IMG/VR virus record: IMGVR_UViG_3300047471_000162
Coordinates: 48,904 to 112,903 of that record
Strand: one strand, 5' to 3'
From: a virus
Length of the DNA stretch: 64,000 nucleotides
This document shows positions 47,730-56,669 of this stretch, in pieces (the stretch's first letter is position 1; each line of letters opens with the position of its first letter). A program made the translations under genes and the position numbers. The notes below the pieces were generated by a model. The model had not been told where the DNA came from, ran no database searches, and saw nothing but the letters and a program-made list of their open reading frames with translations.

Positions 47730-48590
47730 ATGACACTTTTACACGGCGCTAGTGGTTACTTTTCGAGACCACAATTAATACTTGACCCTAATCTATTCAA
47801 TGGAACTGAGTTAATTCCCCATGTTAGACAAACACTCCTGGATATATTCTTTGACCATATGGCTACTATGTATAACGATCCCCATAGCTGGATTATGTTA
47901 TGGCTTGCGGGAAGTGGAGTCAGCTATCAATGGAGCGCTAACCGTGGGAATGGTGATCTCGACATCTTATTGGGGCTCGACTACACAAAGTTCGCCTCCC
48001 TTAATCCCGGGCAAGAGTACTACACCAGAGACGAAATAGCCCAACAAATGGATGATATGTTGAAGAGACATCTGTGGCCAAGGACTGCGCATACGGAATT
48101 TGGCTCTTCAGTATATGAAGTTACATATTATTTGAACCCATTTACTGAAAACTATGATGAGTCCATTAATAATATCCATCCCTATGCTGCTTATAATCTC
48201 ACTGAGAATCATTGGACTATAAATCCTATGGAACCCAATGAATATTCTCAGCAGTATCCTATGGAATTTGAGGTACAAGCGGCAGCTAATAGAGATACTG
48301 CTGAGAAGTTAGCCAATAGATATCAGCATCTGACGCAGCAGCTAAGTAGTATACATCCTAATAGTCCTCTCGGTCATAATCTGACGGCATCCAAGACGCT
48401 ACTTATTCAGCACATAAAGAGTATGTTTGACACCATTCACCTGGGAAGAAAGCAAGCATTTTCTGACATGGGATCAGGATACGGAGATTTCTATAACTAT
48501 CAGTGGCAAGCTGCCAAGAGAGATGGTATAGTGGCGACATTCAATGAGATCCTAAGTAAGGAAGAAAATAGTGGTCGAATCCTGGAGTAA
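47730..48590 (+). CDS. Pol-beta-fold nucleotidyltransferase
   Basis: LAGSGVSYQW...GDLDILL...YEVTYY...AAYNL....W. Confidence 0.75.
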   Translation: MTLLHGASGYFSRPQLILDPNLFNGTELIPHVRQTLLDIFFDHMATMYNDPHSWIMLWLAGSGVSYQWSANRGNGDLDILLGLDYTKFASLNPGQEYYTRDEIAQQMDDMLKRHLWPRTAHTEFGSSVYEVTYYLNPFTENYDESINNIHPYAAYNLTENHWTINPMEPNEYSQQYPMEFEVQAAANRDTAEKLANRYQHLTQQLSSIHPNSPLGHNLTASKTLLIQHIKSMFDTIHLGRKQAFSDMGSGYGDFYNYQWQAAKRDGIVATFNEILSKEENSGRILE

Positions 48591-49068
48591 CCATATAGCT
48601 ATTGTCGTAGAGGGTATTCTCCGTATGCCTAATGATTCTGCCTCTATAATCCCAGGGCTATTACTATATAGATCCCTAGTAAAGGACCATAGAGTATCCC
48701 TCATTATCGATAGTGCCAATAAAGAACGAGTCCAATATTGGCTACTGATGAACGGAATGACTGACCATACTAAGGAGATCTATTGGGATGAGACAGATCC
48801 GGAGGATACTATAGCGCGTAGAATAGCTCAGATTGGTAGACTTAGACAAGATGGTCCGCTATCCTTAGTATTCGAATCAGATACTTCTGTCGCTGCTGCA
48901 CTACTAGAAAGAGGAATACCTTCTTTTCTATTCTTGCATCCTCAGTACACACATCCTGAGTTTAGGCCAGATGCCAAGGCACCTATTACTCCTTGGGCAG
49001 AATTACTAGCAGAGCAGACTCGTCAGATAGAAGCGAGAGCAACAGATACTCGAATAAATGATTTCTAG
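48571..49068 (+). CDS. HAD-like hypothetical protein
   Basis: IVVEGILR (canonical Asp absent); FESD...G.PS.LF.HP.Y..PEFRPD. Confidence 0.55.
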   Translation: MVESWSNHIAIVVEGILRMPNDSASIIPGLLLYRSLVKDHRVSLIIDSANKERVQYWLLMNGMTDHTKEIYWDETDPEDTIARRIAQIGRLRQDGPLSLVFESDTSVAAALLERGIPSFLFLHPQYTHPEFRPDAKAPITPWAELLAEQTRQIEARATDTRINDF

Positions 49069-49076
49069 GAGAATAG

Positions 49077-49985
49077 ATGAGTACACCAGTTAATACAGCT
49101 GCTGTTAATGCTATGGGTGGGCAGTTCAATACGAATGTCTTCAAGGATGTACAGCACTTTGCAGTAAAGCAGGGACGTAAATCACAAGTACGTGCTAATA
49201 AGGCTGCGGCAGCTAATAAGCCAGCAACTCCTGTAGCGAATATACCGCAGCAATTACCCAACGCGCCAATTGGCGGGCTACCAGCGAATGCTGTTGCTGC
49301 GGGTAGAGCAAGTAGACAAGCAAAAGCGCAAGGCGGAGGATTTACACCAACAGTAAAAACTGCTCCAACACCCTTCGGTCCCCCAGCACCAGCTGCACCA
49401 GTCTCTGGGGCAACAGTCACAGCAGGCCGTCAGGCACGCCAACAGAGAGCACAGCAGGCAAATACACCACCGCTGTCTCCACAGTTCTCTAGTGCGCCTT
49501 CTCAGGCTCCGCATCACGCTATTCCAGCTCCTGCTGCAACCCGAGCAGCACCAGGTTTCTCAGCTCCACAGGCTTCTGCTCCCGCAATAAATCAGGCAGC
49601 ACCAAAGCCTTCTACTAATCCCTTCCAAGTTAATACTATGCAAACTAGAAATCCTCCCACTCCTGCTTACTCTAATTCTGGTCCAAGTACCCCAGCACCT
49701 TCAGCTATGCCTACTAGTGGAAAGACTTCTCCAGTGAATCCTCAGTTTTCTAATGTGAGCACTAAGGATAATTCCCCATTTCCCACTCATGTACATCCTG
49801 AAGGTTCTTCTAACCAGATTCTTCCTAGATTAACGGCAGCCCAGTCTTCTCCTGGTAAGCCTAATGAATTTACTGTAGGTTCCAGAAGTATAAAGGGTGG
49901 AGGAATAGCTTCCATGGGATCTCAGTTGGAAGCAGGATTATCTGCAAGACCACTTACTTTGCCACAACCTAGAAAGCGAGTATAG
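49077..49985 (+). CDS. Pro/Ala/Gln-rich disordered protein
   Basis: AGGAG SD; low complexity. Confidence 0.7.
   Translation: MSTPVNTAAVNAMGGQFNTNVFKDVQHFAVKQGRKSQVRANKAAAANKPATPVANIPQQLPNAPIGGLPANAVAAGRASRQAKAQGGGFTPTVKTAPTPFGPPAPAAPVSGATVTAGRQARQQRAQQANTPPLSPQFSSAPSQAPHHAIPAPAATRAAPGFSAPQASAPAINQAAPKPSTNPFQVNTMQTRNPPTPAYSNSGPSTPAPSAMPTSGKTSPVNPQFSNVSTKDNSPFPTHVHPEGSSNQILPRLTAAQSSPGKPNEFTVGSRSIKGGGIASMGSQLEAGLSARPLTLPQPRKRV
49400..49520. other. Periodic segment (candidate gyrase site)
   Basis: gcaggccgtcaggcacgccaacagagagc...tctctagtgcgccttctcaggctccgc. Confidence 0.35.
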
Positions 49986-49987
49986 TC

Positions 49988-51502
49988 ATAAAGCTCTACT
50001 ATCAAGGTGGGGAGTTACCTACATATAAAAATATCATGACAGATTGCGGCATATTAGATATCTCCCTATCTTATTTCGGACTAAGAAGACGTACTAAGTT
50101 CACCAAGCCTTGGCTTATACAGGATAAATTTAAAAGCAATCAGAATATCTTTATCGATTCTGGTTGCCATACCATTAATTCGGCTAAAGAACAGGTGTAT
50201 ACAAATGAAGAACTCAAAGGAATCGCTGAGCATTACTATTCATGGATCACTGACAATATCAGTGAAATTGAGATCTACTCTGAATTCGACTCAACGCAAC
50301 TTGGTGATAAATTCATTGAAGGGTATAGGGGTTCAGTTCAGAGCATTTCCCCAGATAAGTTCTTACCTATTTGGCACTCAGATTACGGGACAGATAATCT
50401 CCGCAGACTTGGAGAAACTTACGGACGCGTTGGAATTCTGCAAACGGCAATCGGCGGAAGAGACCTTGTCCCTGTGCTCAATAGTGTGGCAGCCAGAGGG
50501 ATAAAGCTTCATGGATTAGCTATGACTAAACCAGATATTATGCAGGCTGTTCCATGGGAATCTGTATCTTCTACTTCATGGATTTCTCCCATGCAGTATG
50601 GAGATACTATTATCTGGTCGCATAATCAGTTAAAAAGATATCCTAAGAAAATGAAGGATCAAGCTAGAAAGAAAGAAAGAGCCGCCTTTATGGCTGGTGG
50701 GTTCGATCTGGAGAAAATCTATGACGATGATGCACATGAATTATTACGTGTATCTCTGTGGTCATGGACCAAGCAGGTTGAAGCAATTAATCGTAAGACT
50801 AATAGAGGAGTAACTACACCCGTGAATTATAGTGATGATGAGTTCTCGGACTTTGACTCTGCTGATGTTGGTACTGTAGTGGATAGAGTGCAGAAGAGAG
50901 TACCAACTGCCCTACCTAGAAATCCTTCTGATAGACAGGTTATTCCTTTCCTTGATTTCGATATAGATATCGAGAAGAGAAAGAATAAGCTGACTGGGGA
51001 GATGGAGGATATTGAAGTTCCCAAGGTCAGAGTACGCAGCGAATCCATGCGTATTTGTGATACTTGTTTCCTCGCGGCTAAGTGCCCTATGTTCGAAGAG
51101 AATACAACGTGCGCCTATGATATTCCCATTGTTGTAGAAACCAAAGAACAGATGACTTCACTCATGAATTCTGTGGTTTCTATGCAAGCGCAGCGCGTTT
51201 TGTTCATGAAAATGGCTGAGGATACTTCAGGAGGATACGCTGATCCTGTACTTTCGGGAGAAATTGACCGCCTGGGTAAGCTTATGAAGACCAAGCATGA
51301 GATGGAACAAGAAGGTTTCAGTCTTACTGTTACAGCTAAGCAACAGGGTCAAATGTCTATGGTTGACCGTATCTTCGGCGATATAGGTAATACAAAGACG
51401 CTCCATGAGCTGGAAGCTCCAAGACAGGTATCGGATGCTATGTCTGATCTAGGTATTATGGACGCAGAACTTATTGAACTTCCACTTAGAGATGAGCTAT
51501 GA
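49988..51502 (+). CDS. tRNA-guanine-transglycosylase/DpdA-like protein with C-terminal Cys4 and helical domain
   Basis: FIDSG, EFD, PIWH, LHGLAMT, PWESVSSTSW; CDTC.....CP.......C; first ATG at 50036, frame open from 49973. Confidence 0.65.
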   Translation: MKLYYQGGELPTYKNIMTDCGILDISLSYFGLRRRTKFTKPWLIQDKFKSNQNIFIDSGCHTINSAKEQVYTNEELKGIAEHYYSWITDNISEIEIYSEFDSTQLGDKFIEGYRGSVQSISPDKFLPIWHSDYGTDNLRRLGETYGRVGILQTAIGGRDLVPVLNSVAARGIKLHGLAMTKPDIMQAVPWESVSSTSWISPMQYGDTIIWSHNQLKRYPKKMKDQARKKERAAFMAGGFDLEKIYDDDAHELLRVSLWSWTKQVEAINRKTNRGVTTPVNYSDDEFSDFDSADVGTVVDRVQKRVPTALPRNPSDRQVIPFLDFDIDIEKRKNKLTGEMEDIEVPKVRVRSESMRICDTCFLAAKCPMFEENTTCAYDIPIVVETKEQMTSLMNSVVSMQAQRVLFMKMAEDTSGGYADPVLSGEIDRLGKLMKTKHEMEQEGFSLTVTAKQQGQMSMVDRIFGDIGNTKTLHELEAPRQVSDAMSDLGIMDAELIELPLRDEL

Positions 51503-51705
51503 CAGAGAACAGTAGTAACTTCAACCTAGCTGAACCCGTAGATAACGAGGAAGAATACTATTCATTGCCTTTTGACCCTGAAGAAGATTATTTTGAAGAG
51601 CTAAAAGAAGCTCAAGGAACCCGATGTCAAGCATGTTTTGGGACAGGACTGGATAGATATGAAGAAGTTGATTGTATGTCCTGCTGGGGAGACGGATACC
51701 TATAA
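51499..51705 (+). CDS. Small acidic Zn-finger protein
   Basis: CQACFGTG...CMSCWGDG. Confidence 0.65.
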   Translation: MTENSSNFNLAEPVDNEEEYYSLPFDPEEDYFEELKEAQGTRCQACFGTGLDRYEEVDCMSCWGDGYL

Positions 51706-51947
51706 TGGAAGTATTTGATTCTATGGTGGATGATTTACGTAGTGGCGATACGCTTATAGCCAATTACGATTCATCTTTATCTATTCAGCTTAACTATGAG
51801 TCTATGACTATCTCAGACGATGAGAATTGCATCACTATTGCTGATGATAATATTCTTCAACTACTAAGAGCTTTTATGGAAGTATATGTGACTGCTAGAG
51901 AAGCGCCTCTAGACATTAATTACGACCTTTTATTAAACGGATTTTAA
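51705..51947 (+). CDS. Hypothetical protein
   Basis: TAATG coupling. Confidence 0.6.
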   Translation: MEVFDSMVDDLRSGDTLIANYDSSLSIQLNYESMTISDDENCITIADDNILQLLRAFMEVYVTAREAPLDINYDLLLNGF

Positions 51948-51962
51948 AACCTTAATTAATAC

Positions 51963-52019
51963 AAAAAGCCCATCAGACTTTTCACTTAAATTAAAGTGAT
52001 TAATCTGACGGGCTTTTTT
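51963..52019. terminator. Bidirectional terminator between convergent genes
   Basis: aaaaagcccatcaga...tctgacgggcttttt. Confidence 0.8.
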
Positions 52020-52026
52020 CATTGTA

Positions 52027-52239
52027 TTATGTCCACCTATAACATTGTTTATCCCAGGTAACCTGCACGGAGCGTGTCTCATCTGGCACAATCATTCGCA
52101 GAAGTTGAAGTAGGAATATTATCTTTACTTTATCTTTGGGATAGTGACCCAATAGACAATCAACTGATAGATCTGCATCCTTGAAAGCTTTGGCCATTGT
52201 GAGGATTGCGGCATCTTTCTCAACTTTGAACTTATCCAC
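52027..52239 (-). CDS. Hypothetical protein
   Basis: GGGAG SD with GTG start. Confidence 0.6.
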   Translation of the reverse strand: MDKFKVEKDAAILTMAKAFKDADLSVDCLLGHYPKDKVKIIFLLQLLRMIVPDETRSVQVTWDKQCYRWT

Positions 52240-52407
52240 TATATCTCCCTATTTCGTAGGATATCGCGTTAAATCCGGACATATCCCGTTTTGTTCCAAA
52301 AAGGCATAGATGTTCCCAATGTCCGTTTTGGGTAAAAGGGCAGGGTTGGTACGATGCCAGGTTGCTTCCGTAGTGACGCCCCGGAGCGGGCTGAAGTGTT
52401 CGACGTC

Positions 52408-52435
52408 AGTCTATCGTCTGTGCTGCTGTTGTCAA
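52408..52435 (-). promoter_or_regulatory. Leftward promoter
   Basis: TTGACA-16-TAGACT. Confidence 0.45.
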
Positions 52436-52547
52436 GTCACGGATTGATTACCCCATTAGGCAAACTAAACGATATCAGGGGTCCTCTGGTACGTCTTCCT
52501 TGGCTCAGTGATGATCCGGCTGGCCCCGGTGACTTGGTGCTGAGACA

Positions 52548-52621
52548 GACTCTATGCCTGGTTGGCTGCGGAGTCAATACCCCTGACTGGCTTGACTCTA
52601 CGTCGTACAGAGGCATAGCGT
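52548..52621. promoter_or_regulatory. Divergent promoter pair
   Basis: Minus strand TTGACT-17-TAGAGT; plus strand TTGACT-18-TAGCGT, 7 nt before ATG 52629 (leaderless). Confidence 0.65.
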
Positions 52622-52628
52622 TCTCCGC

Positions 52629-52859
52629 ATGCCAAAACACGAACGAACGGCTTTGGTCCTCATCGGAGCGGTTGTGCAACCCATTGTGGACCAGCCACGG
52701 GGAGAGTACACATGGATGCTCTGCGCAGCCTGTAACGCCTTGCTAGAGCCCTACGCGGCACGGGCGGGGGTAATCCCCCGACACTACCCCCCGCGTGGTC
52801 CTAGGACCCGTTGTGAGGCTTCCCTGACTGAGTATGCGGGGTTGACACTCACAATCTGA
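52629..52859 (+). CDS. Small Zn-binding hypothetical protein
   Basis: Leaderless start; CAAC...RH...RC..S. Confidence 0.6.
   Translation: MPKHERTALVLIGAVVQPIVDQPRGEYTWMLCAACNALLEPYAARAGVIPRHYPPRGPRTRCEASLTEYAGLTLTI
52720..52830. other. Two-armed periodic segment (candidate gyrase site)
   Basis: gcagcctgtaacgccttgctagagccctacgcggc...ggtcctaggacccgttgtgaggcttccc. Confidence 0.5.
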
Positions 52860-52889
52860 GAGACTAGCGTTCTCCTCATCAGCCCAGCA
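52842..52889 (+). promoter_or_regulatory. HrdB-type promoter with conserved leader
   Basis: TTGACA-17-TAGCGT-tctcctcatcagcccagca. Confidence 0.75.
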
Positions 52890-52903
52890 ACGAAGGGAAG
52901 CAC

Positions 52904-53146
52904 ATGCCGACAGTTACGATTAGTGAGTTGCATGATGATGGTTCCGACTCATACTCGGACATCTTCGAGGCAGATTCATGGGCTGGCGCTACTATGATCG
53001 TCTGTGACGATCTCAGCCGTACGGGTAGTGGAGTTTTCAATCTCGCGGTTATGGAGAAGTGGTTGACTCTCCATGACGGTGATGGTAGCTTCGAGTTCAC
53101 GCATGCTGACGGCGAAATCGTGTGGAAGTGGCGTTACGAGATCTAG
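52904..53146 (+). CDS. Hypothetical protein
   Basis: GAAGGG SD. Confidence 0.7.
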   Translation: MPTVTISELHDDGSDSYSDIFEADSWAGATMIVCDDLSRTGSGVFNLAVMEKWLTLHDGDGSFEFTHADGEIVWKWRYEI

Positions 53147-53220
53147 CGGGTAGTGTGGTCTAGGGGGTTGACGCTCCCTAGTCCGCATGGTTCGTTAGAA
53201 CTACAACGAAAGGGGCTGAA

Positions 53221-53610
53221 ATGCCTGCCTACGGTGAATGTGGCATTTACAACGAGAAGTGCCGCAATAAGACGTGCGATCACGTTACCAATCCGAACCG
53301 CAAGGTTCCGACTCTGGATTACGTGATGGATATCAAAGCGGCGAATGGTGTGCCGTTCCGAGTGGTGTACGGTGTGCGTAACGGACTGAGTGGGAAGCCG
53401 CTCACGACCTATCCTGTCGTGGCGTTCTACGACCGACGGTCTCAGCACACGGCATATGGCCAATTCGTCTCAGACTACCGGGTTGATGACTTGATGTGGC
53501 ACCCGTACTATGGTCTTAACCTTGATGGTGGGGTGGGTGCTTGGACGGTTGACATCAATAACATGGTGGTCATTATGGATTGGCTGGGAAAGCTGATCAA
53601 TCCTTTCTAG
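53221..53610 (+). CDS. Hypothetical protein
   Basis: V.FYD.R.....YGQFVS.Y....L......GL.LDGGV.AW motif. Confidence 0.75.
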   Translation: MPAYGECGIYNEKCRNKTCDHVTNPNRKVPTLDYVMDIKAANGVPFRVVYGVRNGLSGKPLTTYPVVAFYDRRSQHTAYGQFVSDYRVDDLMWHPYYGLNLDGGVGAWTVDINNMVVIMDWLGKLINPF

Positions 53611-53686
53611 TGAGTTTGCGCCATTCTAGTCATGTACTAGGGTGGTGCAAGTTTCCTAAGGTAGGAAGCCTGTCAGGAGGTACTAA
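53608..53686 (+). repeat. Intergenic double-hairpin element
   Basis: tgcgccattctagt-catgt-actagggtggtgca, then tttcct-aaggt-aggaag, then AGGAGG. Confidence 0.55.
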
Positions 53687-54223
53687 ATGTCCGAGACGTT
53701 CGAATACATGAATGTGTTTCTCACTGCCGAGAAGAACGGTAAGATCGTTACCCGGGAATTCGTAATTGGCGACAGCCATTCCCCCGATATTTTCCGCCGT
53801 GCTTTTCTCGGCTCATTGGATAATGGGTGGGAATTGGGTGCTGTTCACGTAACCACGAATGTCACGCAGGATATCATCATCAAGCCCCAAGAGGATTCGG
53901 CTATTCCAGAGCTGTTCGATGCTCTGGTGTCGAATAAGGGTGATACTTCTCTTATCATCGCAGTGTGCCATGCCCACGACATCACGGAAGAGGAATTCGG
54001 TAGTTACGTGGGCGGGCGGCGATACCAGGACCATTGCTATTACTCTGGTGATACTCGCGATGAGGCTGTAGAGTCTGCTGTAACATACGATGGTGATATC
54101 GAGCACCCCGAATCCGCTTACCCGGATATCGTGATTGATTGGGAGGAGACTGCGGAGCATATGCTCCGCGACGGCTATCAGATCATTGACGAAGGCTATC
54201 AGTGGTTTGTCTTCTCTGACTGA
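53687..54223 (+). CDS. Acidic hypothetical protein (C-terminus reminiscent of ArdA-type DNA mimics)
   Basis: Very acidic; IDWEETA..ML.D...I......FVF ending. Confidence 0.55.
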   Translation: MSETFEYMNVFLTAEKNGKIVTREFVIGDSHSPDIFRRAFLGSLDNGWELGAVHVTTNVTQDIIIKPQEDSAIPELFDALVSNKGDTSLIIAVCHAHDITEEEFGSYVGGRRYQDHCYYSGDTRDEAVESAVTYDGDIEHPESAYPDIVIDWEETAEHMLRDGYQIIDEGYQWFVFSD

Positions 54224-54308
54224 TTAGAGCGCTTGTATCATTCCCCTACGCAAGGGGAATGGTGCTGGTTAGCTAATCGGCTAATCTCTTGACTGAAAAG
54301 GAATACCC
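54221..54308 (+). repeat. Intergenic double-hairpin element
   Basis: gc TT gtatcattcccct-acgca-aggggaatggtgc TG gttagct-aatc-ggctaat. Confidence 0.6.
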
Positions 54309-54521
54309 TTGCTTTCTACCTATTATGATGAGCCTGTCAAGTCCATTCGGGCGGGTGACATTGTCGAGATTTCCGGTACGGATACCTTCACAGCGTATTC
54401 TGATGCGTCGGACAATCCCGTAGAGGGAACCGTCGATGTCATGACCACTGCTCTCAAGTGGCGTTCATTCTCCCCGGATGCTCTGGTTACCCTCACGTTC
54501 GAAGAGATCGGCGACTATTGA
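54309..54521 (+). CDS. Hypothetical protein
   Basis: AAGGA SD with TTG start. Confidence 0.65.
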   Translation: MLSTYYDEPVKSIRAGDIVEISGTDTFTAYSDASDNPVEGTVDVMTTALKWRSFSPDALVTLTFEEIGDY

Positions 54522-54621
54522 TGCGTGACACTCCTGACACCATTGGATCCTACCTCGCTGTGGTGTTTCTGCTAGGTGTGGCAGTGACTGTGTTCGTTCT
54601 CCCTCTCGTCATGGCATAAAC

Positions 54622-54672
54622 GAAACCCCCATCTCTTGGCCTACTCGGCTAGGTGGTGGGGGTTTCTGTTTG
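54622..54672. terminator. Bidirectional terminator between convergent early operons
   Basis: gaaacccccatc...ggtgggggtttc. Confidence 0.75.
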
Positions 54673-54694
54673 TCGGCGAGTGTACATGACAGCC

Positions 54695-54850
54695 TTTTCA
54701 GCTGGAAGCTCTGCAAGCCTCTCTAACAGCTCTGTAGGGTGCTGATGGACCAACCGGCTAGGGACCGTCTGTGCGGCTCTCAGAGACCCCGTTCTGACCC
54801 GTCTAGGGGTACTCTTAGCGGCTAGCCTGTCTACGGATCCCCGAGGGGTG
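54695..54850. other. Two-armed periodic segment (candidate gyrase site), mostly intergenic
   Basis: gctctgcaagcctctctaacagctctgtaggg...gcggctctcagagaccccgttctgacccgtctagggg. Confidence 0.55.
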
Positions 54851-55009
54851 CCCGTCATTCTGATTGGGGTTGCCATACCCACCTGCATGGGCATAGAGTG
54901 CCCTCATCTGTGAACGCGCCTTACCCAGGCTCTGGGGTTTCTTACTGAACGTCTTGCCCGCATGGGAGACCTTGAAGCCACCTGATACCTTGACTACTTT
55001 GTAGGGCAT
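54815..55009 (-). CDS. Small basic phage protein
   Basis: MPYKV.K...G.KV...G..FSKKP.....A..Q..ALYA. Confidence 0.65.
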   Translation of the reverse strand: MPYKVVKVSGGFKVSHAGKTFSKKPQSLGKARSQMRALYAHAGGYGNPNQNDGHPSGIRRQASR

Positions 55010-55014
55010 GTGAT

Positions 55015-55212
55015 CTACTTCTGTCGTTGTATGAAGTTCACAGCGGCCCCTCTAGGGGCCGTCACAGAGCTGACTATGGTTGGTGGTCGAGCAGGATCAC
55101 CCTGTGTCTTGGGACTCGCTAGAGCCCCATGCATAGACACGCCTAAAACTGATGTGCAGACTATTGTGGTAAAAACCATTACCCATAGACGCATGTCTTT
55201 TAATCGGGACAT
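55015..55212 (-). CDS. Small secreted or membrane protein
   Basis: AGGAG SD; signal-like N-terminus. Confidence 0.55.
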   Translation of the reverse strand: MSRLKDMRLWVMVFTTIVCTSVLGVSMHGALASPKTQGDPARPPTIVSSVTAPRGAAVNFIQRQK

Positions 55213-55229
55213 ATTTAATTTCTCCTATA

Positions 55230-55292
55230 TAAATGCCTAATACCCTGTCTCTCCTGATTGTATCCCAGGAAAAACAGGGTATTAGGCATTTA
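55230..55292 (-). terminator. Long intergenic hairpin (terminator or processing site)
   Basis: aaatgcctaataccctg...cagggtattaggcattt. Confidence 0.6.
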
Positions 55293-55508
55293 TAGCGGAA
55301 TAGCTCTCGCGGTGGATATATCCAGTATATCTCCGTAAAATGTCAGGGAGCACAGTTCTGGAGTGAGTAGCTTTGAGATATTACATCTCGCCCAACTCTT
55401 TGCCTTACCTATGATTCTCTCATCTGTAAGCCCCTGGTATCCATTGGCAAGAATATGAGTGTCTGGGTATGCGCCCATACTCATATAGGTAATAACTACA
55501 CCACGCAT
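55290..55508 (-). CDS. Hypothetical protein
   Basis: ORF in the leftward operon. Confidence 0.55.
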   Translation of the reverse strand: MRGVVITYMSMGAYPDTHILANGYQGLTDERIIGKAKSWARCNISKLLTPELCSLTFYGDILDISTARAIPL

Positions 55509-55580
55509 GATAATCCCTACCTAGTAAGCCATAGAGACAGCCACCCGGTTAGAGTGGCTATCCCTAAAGCTCACCAGGGG

Positions 55581-56306
55581 CTAGAAACCAGTCTCAACAG
55601 CAGTTGCGGGAGCAACCGCATAGACAGGCACACTCGGGATCTCCACCATCGCGGGCGGGGCGTTCTCAGCCACCTTGCGCGCCACGTACTTAGTCCACCA
55701 ATCACGGGCAGTCTGCGTGAGGGACGCGTGAGCCATGTACCAGGCATTCTCAGAGACACCAGAATTCAGAGCCGCATCCGTCATGGCCGGGACGAAATCG
55801 GGCTCACTCAGAGCAAGCCCATTCTTCTCAATGTCCGACTCATACTCGGTTACTGCCATCACAGCGGGGGCACGCAGGGACTGAATCAGTGCGTTCATGT
55901 CATACTCTCCGATCACTCGCTCACCCTCATTGGCGTCGATCTCTCGGCGCTCCGTGGAATCCTCCGAGACAGACACGGTCACGTTTGCCCCGTCAGAGCC
56001 CACAACCGGGGTCGCAGCGGTCTGTACGGTGATGGCAGGCTTGGGGGTGCGGGAAGCCTTTACGCGGGGCTTGGGAGCCTCCATGGGCTCACCCGTCAGC
56101 CAAAGCTCTCCCCGATCCCCGTCGACAACGCGGGCATCCTGGTCATGGGTGTTCAGAAGCGTCATGACCACGGCAGCGGTAGAGTCCATCCGATCGGCCA
56201 CCTTATCCACCTTGACCGAATCGGCCCCACTCTCAGTCAGCATCTCGTCAATGGTCTCGACAACCATCTCAAAGGTGATAGCGGTAGCAGCAGTACGAGT
56301 AGCCAT
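55581..56306 (-). CDS. Acidic hypothetical protein
   Basis: GAAGG SD; upstream promoter TTGACA-18-TAGATA at about 56356-56385. Confidence 0.75.
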   Translation of the reverse strand: MATRTAATAITFEMVVETIDEMLTESGADSVKVDKVADRMDSTAAVVMTLLNTHDQDARVVDGDRGELWLTGEPMEAPKPRVKASRTPKPAITVQTAATPVVGSDGANVTVSVSEDSTERREIDANEGERVIGEYDMNALIQSLRAPAVMAVTEYESDIEKNGLALSEPDFVPAMTDAALNSGVSENAWYMAHASLTQTARDWWTKYVARKVAENAPPAMVEIPSVPVYAVAPATAVETGF

Positions 56307-56389
56307 TTTCTTGCCTTCCGTCTGGATTCCTTAGGACTAGGAACCTCACACCACCTATCTAAGCGTGTCAGATAGATGATGTCAAGCCA

Positions 56390-56593
56390 CTAGTTCTTCG
56401 TGATCTTGCCATCCTTGATGAACGAGCCAACAACCCACAGAATCGGCCAAAAGGCACCGACCAGAGAGCTTGTGATGAACGCGACACCCTTACTGCGTCC
56501 GTTCTTACGCTCCGAGCGATAGAACTTACCCGCCGCCCCCAGAGCGTCAGAAGCGTACATACCGAAGAGAGTGCCATAAAGGAACAGGTTCAT
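56390..56593 (-). CDS. Small membrane protein
   Basis: GAAAGG SD; FWP motif; promoter TTGACA-18-TAGATC upstream. Confidence 0.6.
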   Translation of the reverse strand: MNLFLYGTLFGMYASDALGAAGKFYRSERKNGRSKGVAFITSSLVGAFWPILWVVGSFIKDGKITKN

Positions 56594-56669
56594 GTCCATG
56601 CCTTTCGGTTGCGGCCCCATCTAGGAACCTGAGAGGATCTAAGCACGAGTCTCAGACCCTGTCAAGCCA

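Noticed and set aside
55455-56375. 306-aa plus-strand ORF
   Set aside because: Antisense shadow of 55581-56306, which has the SD, promoter and operon context
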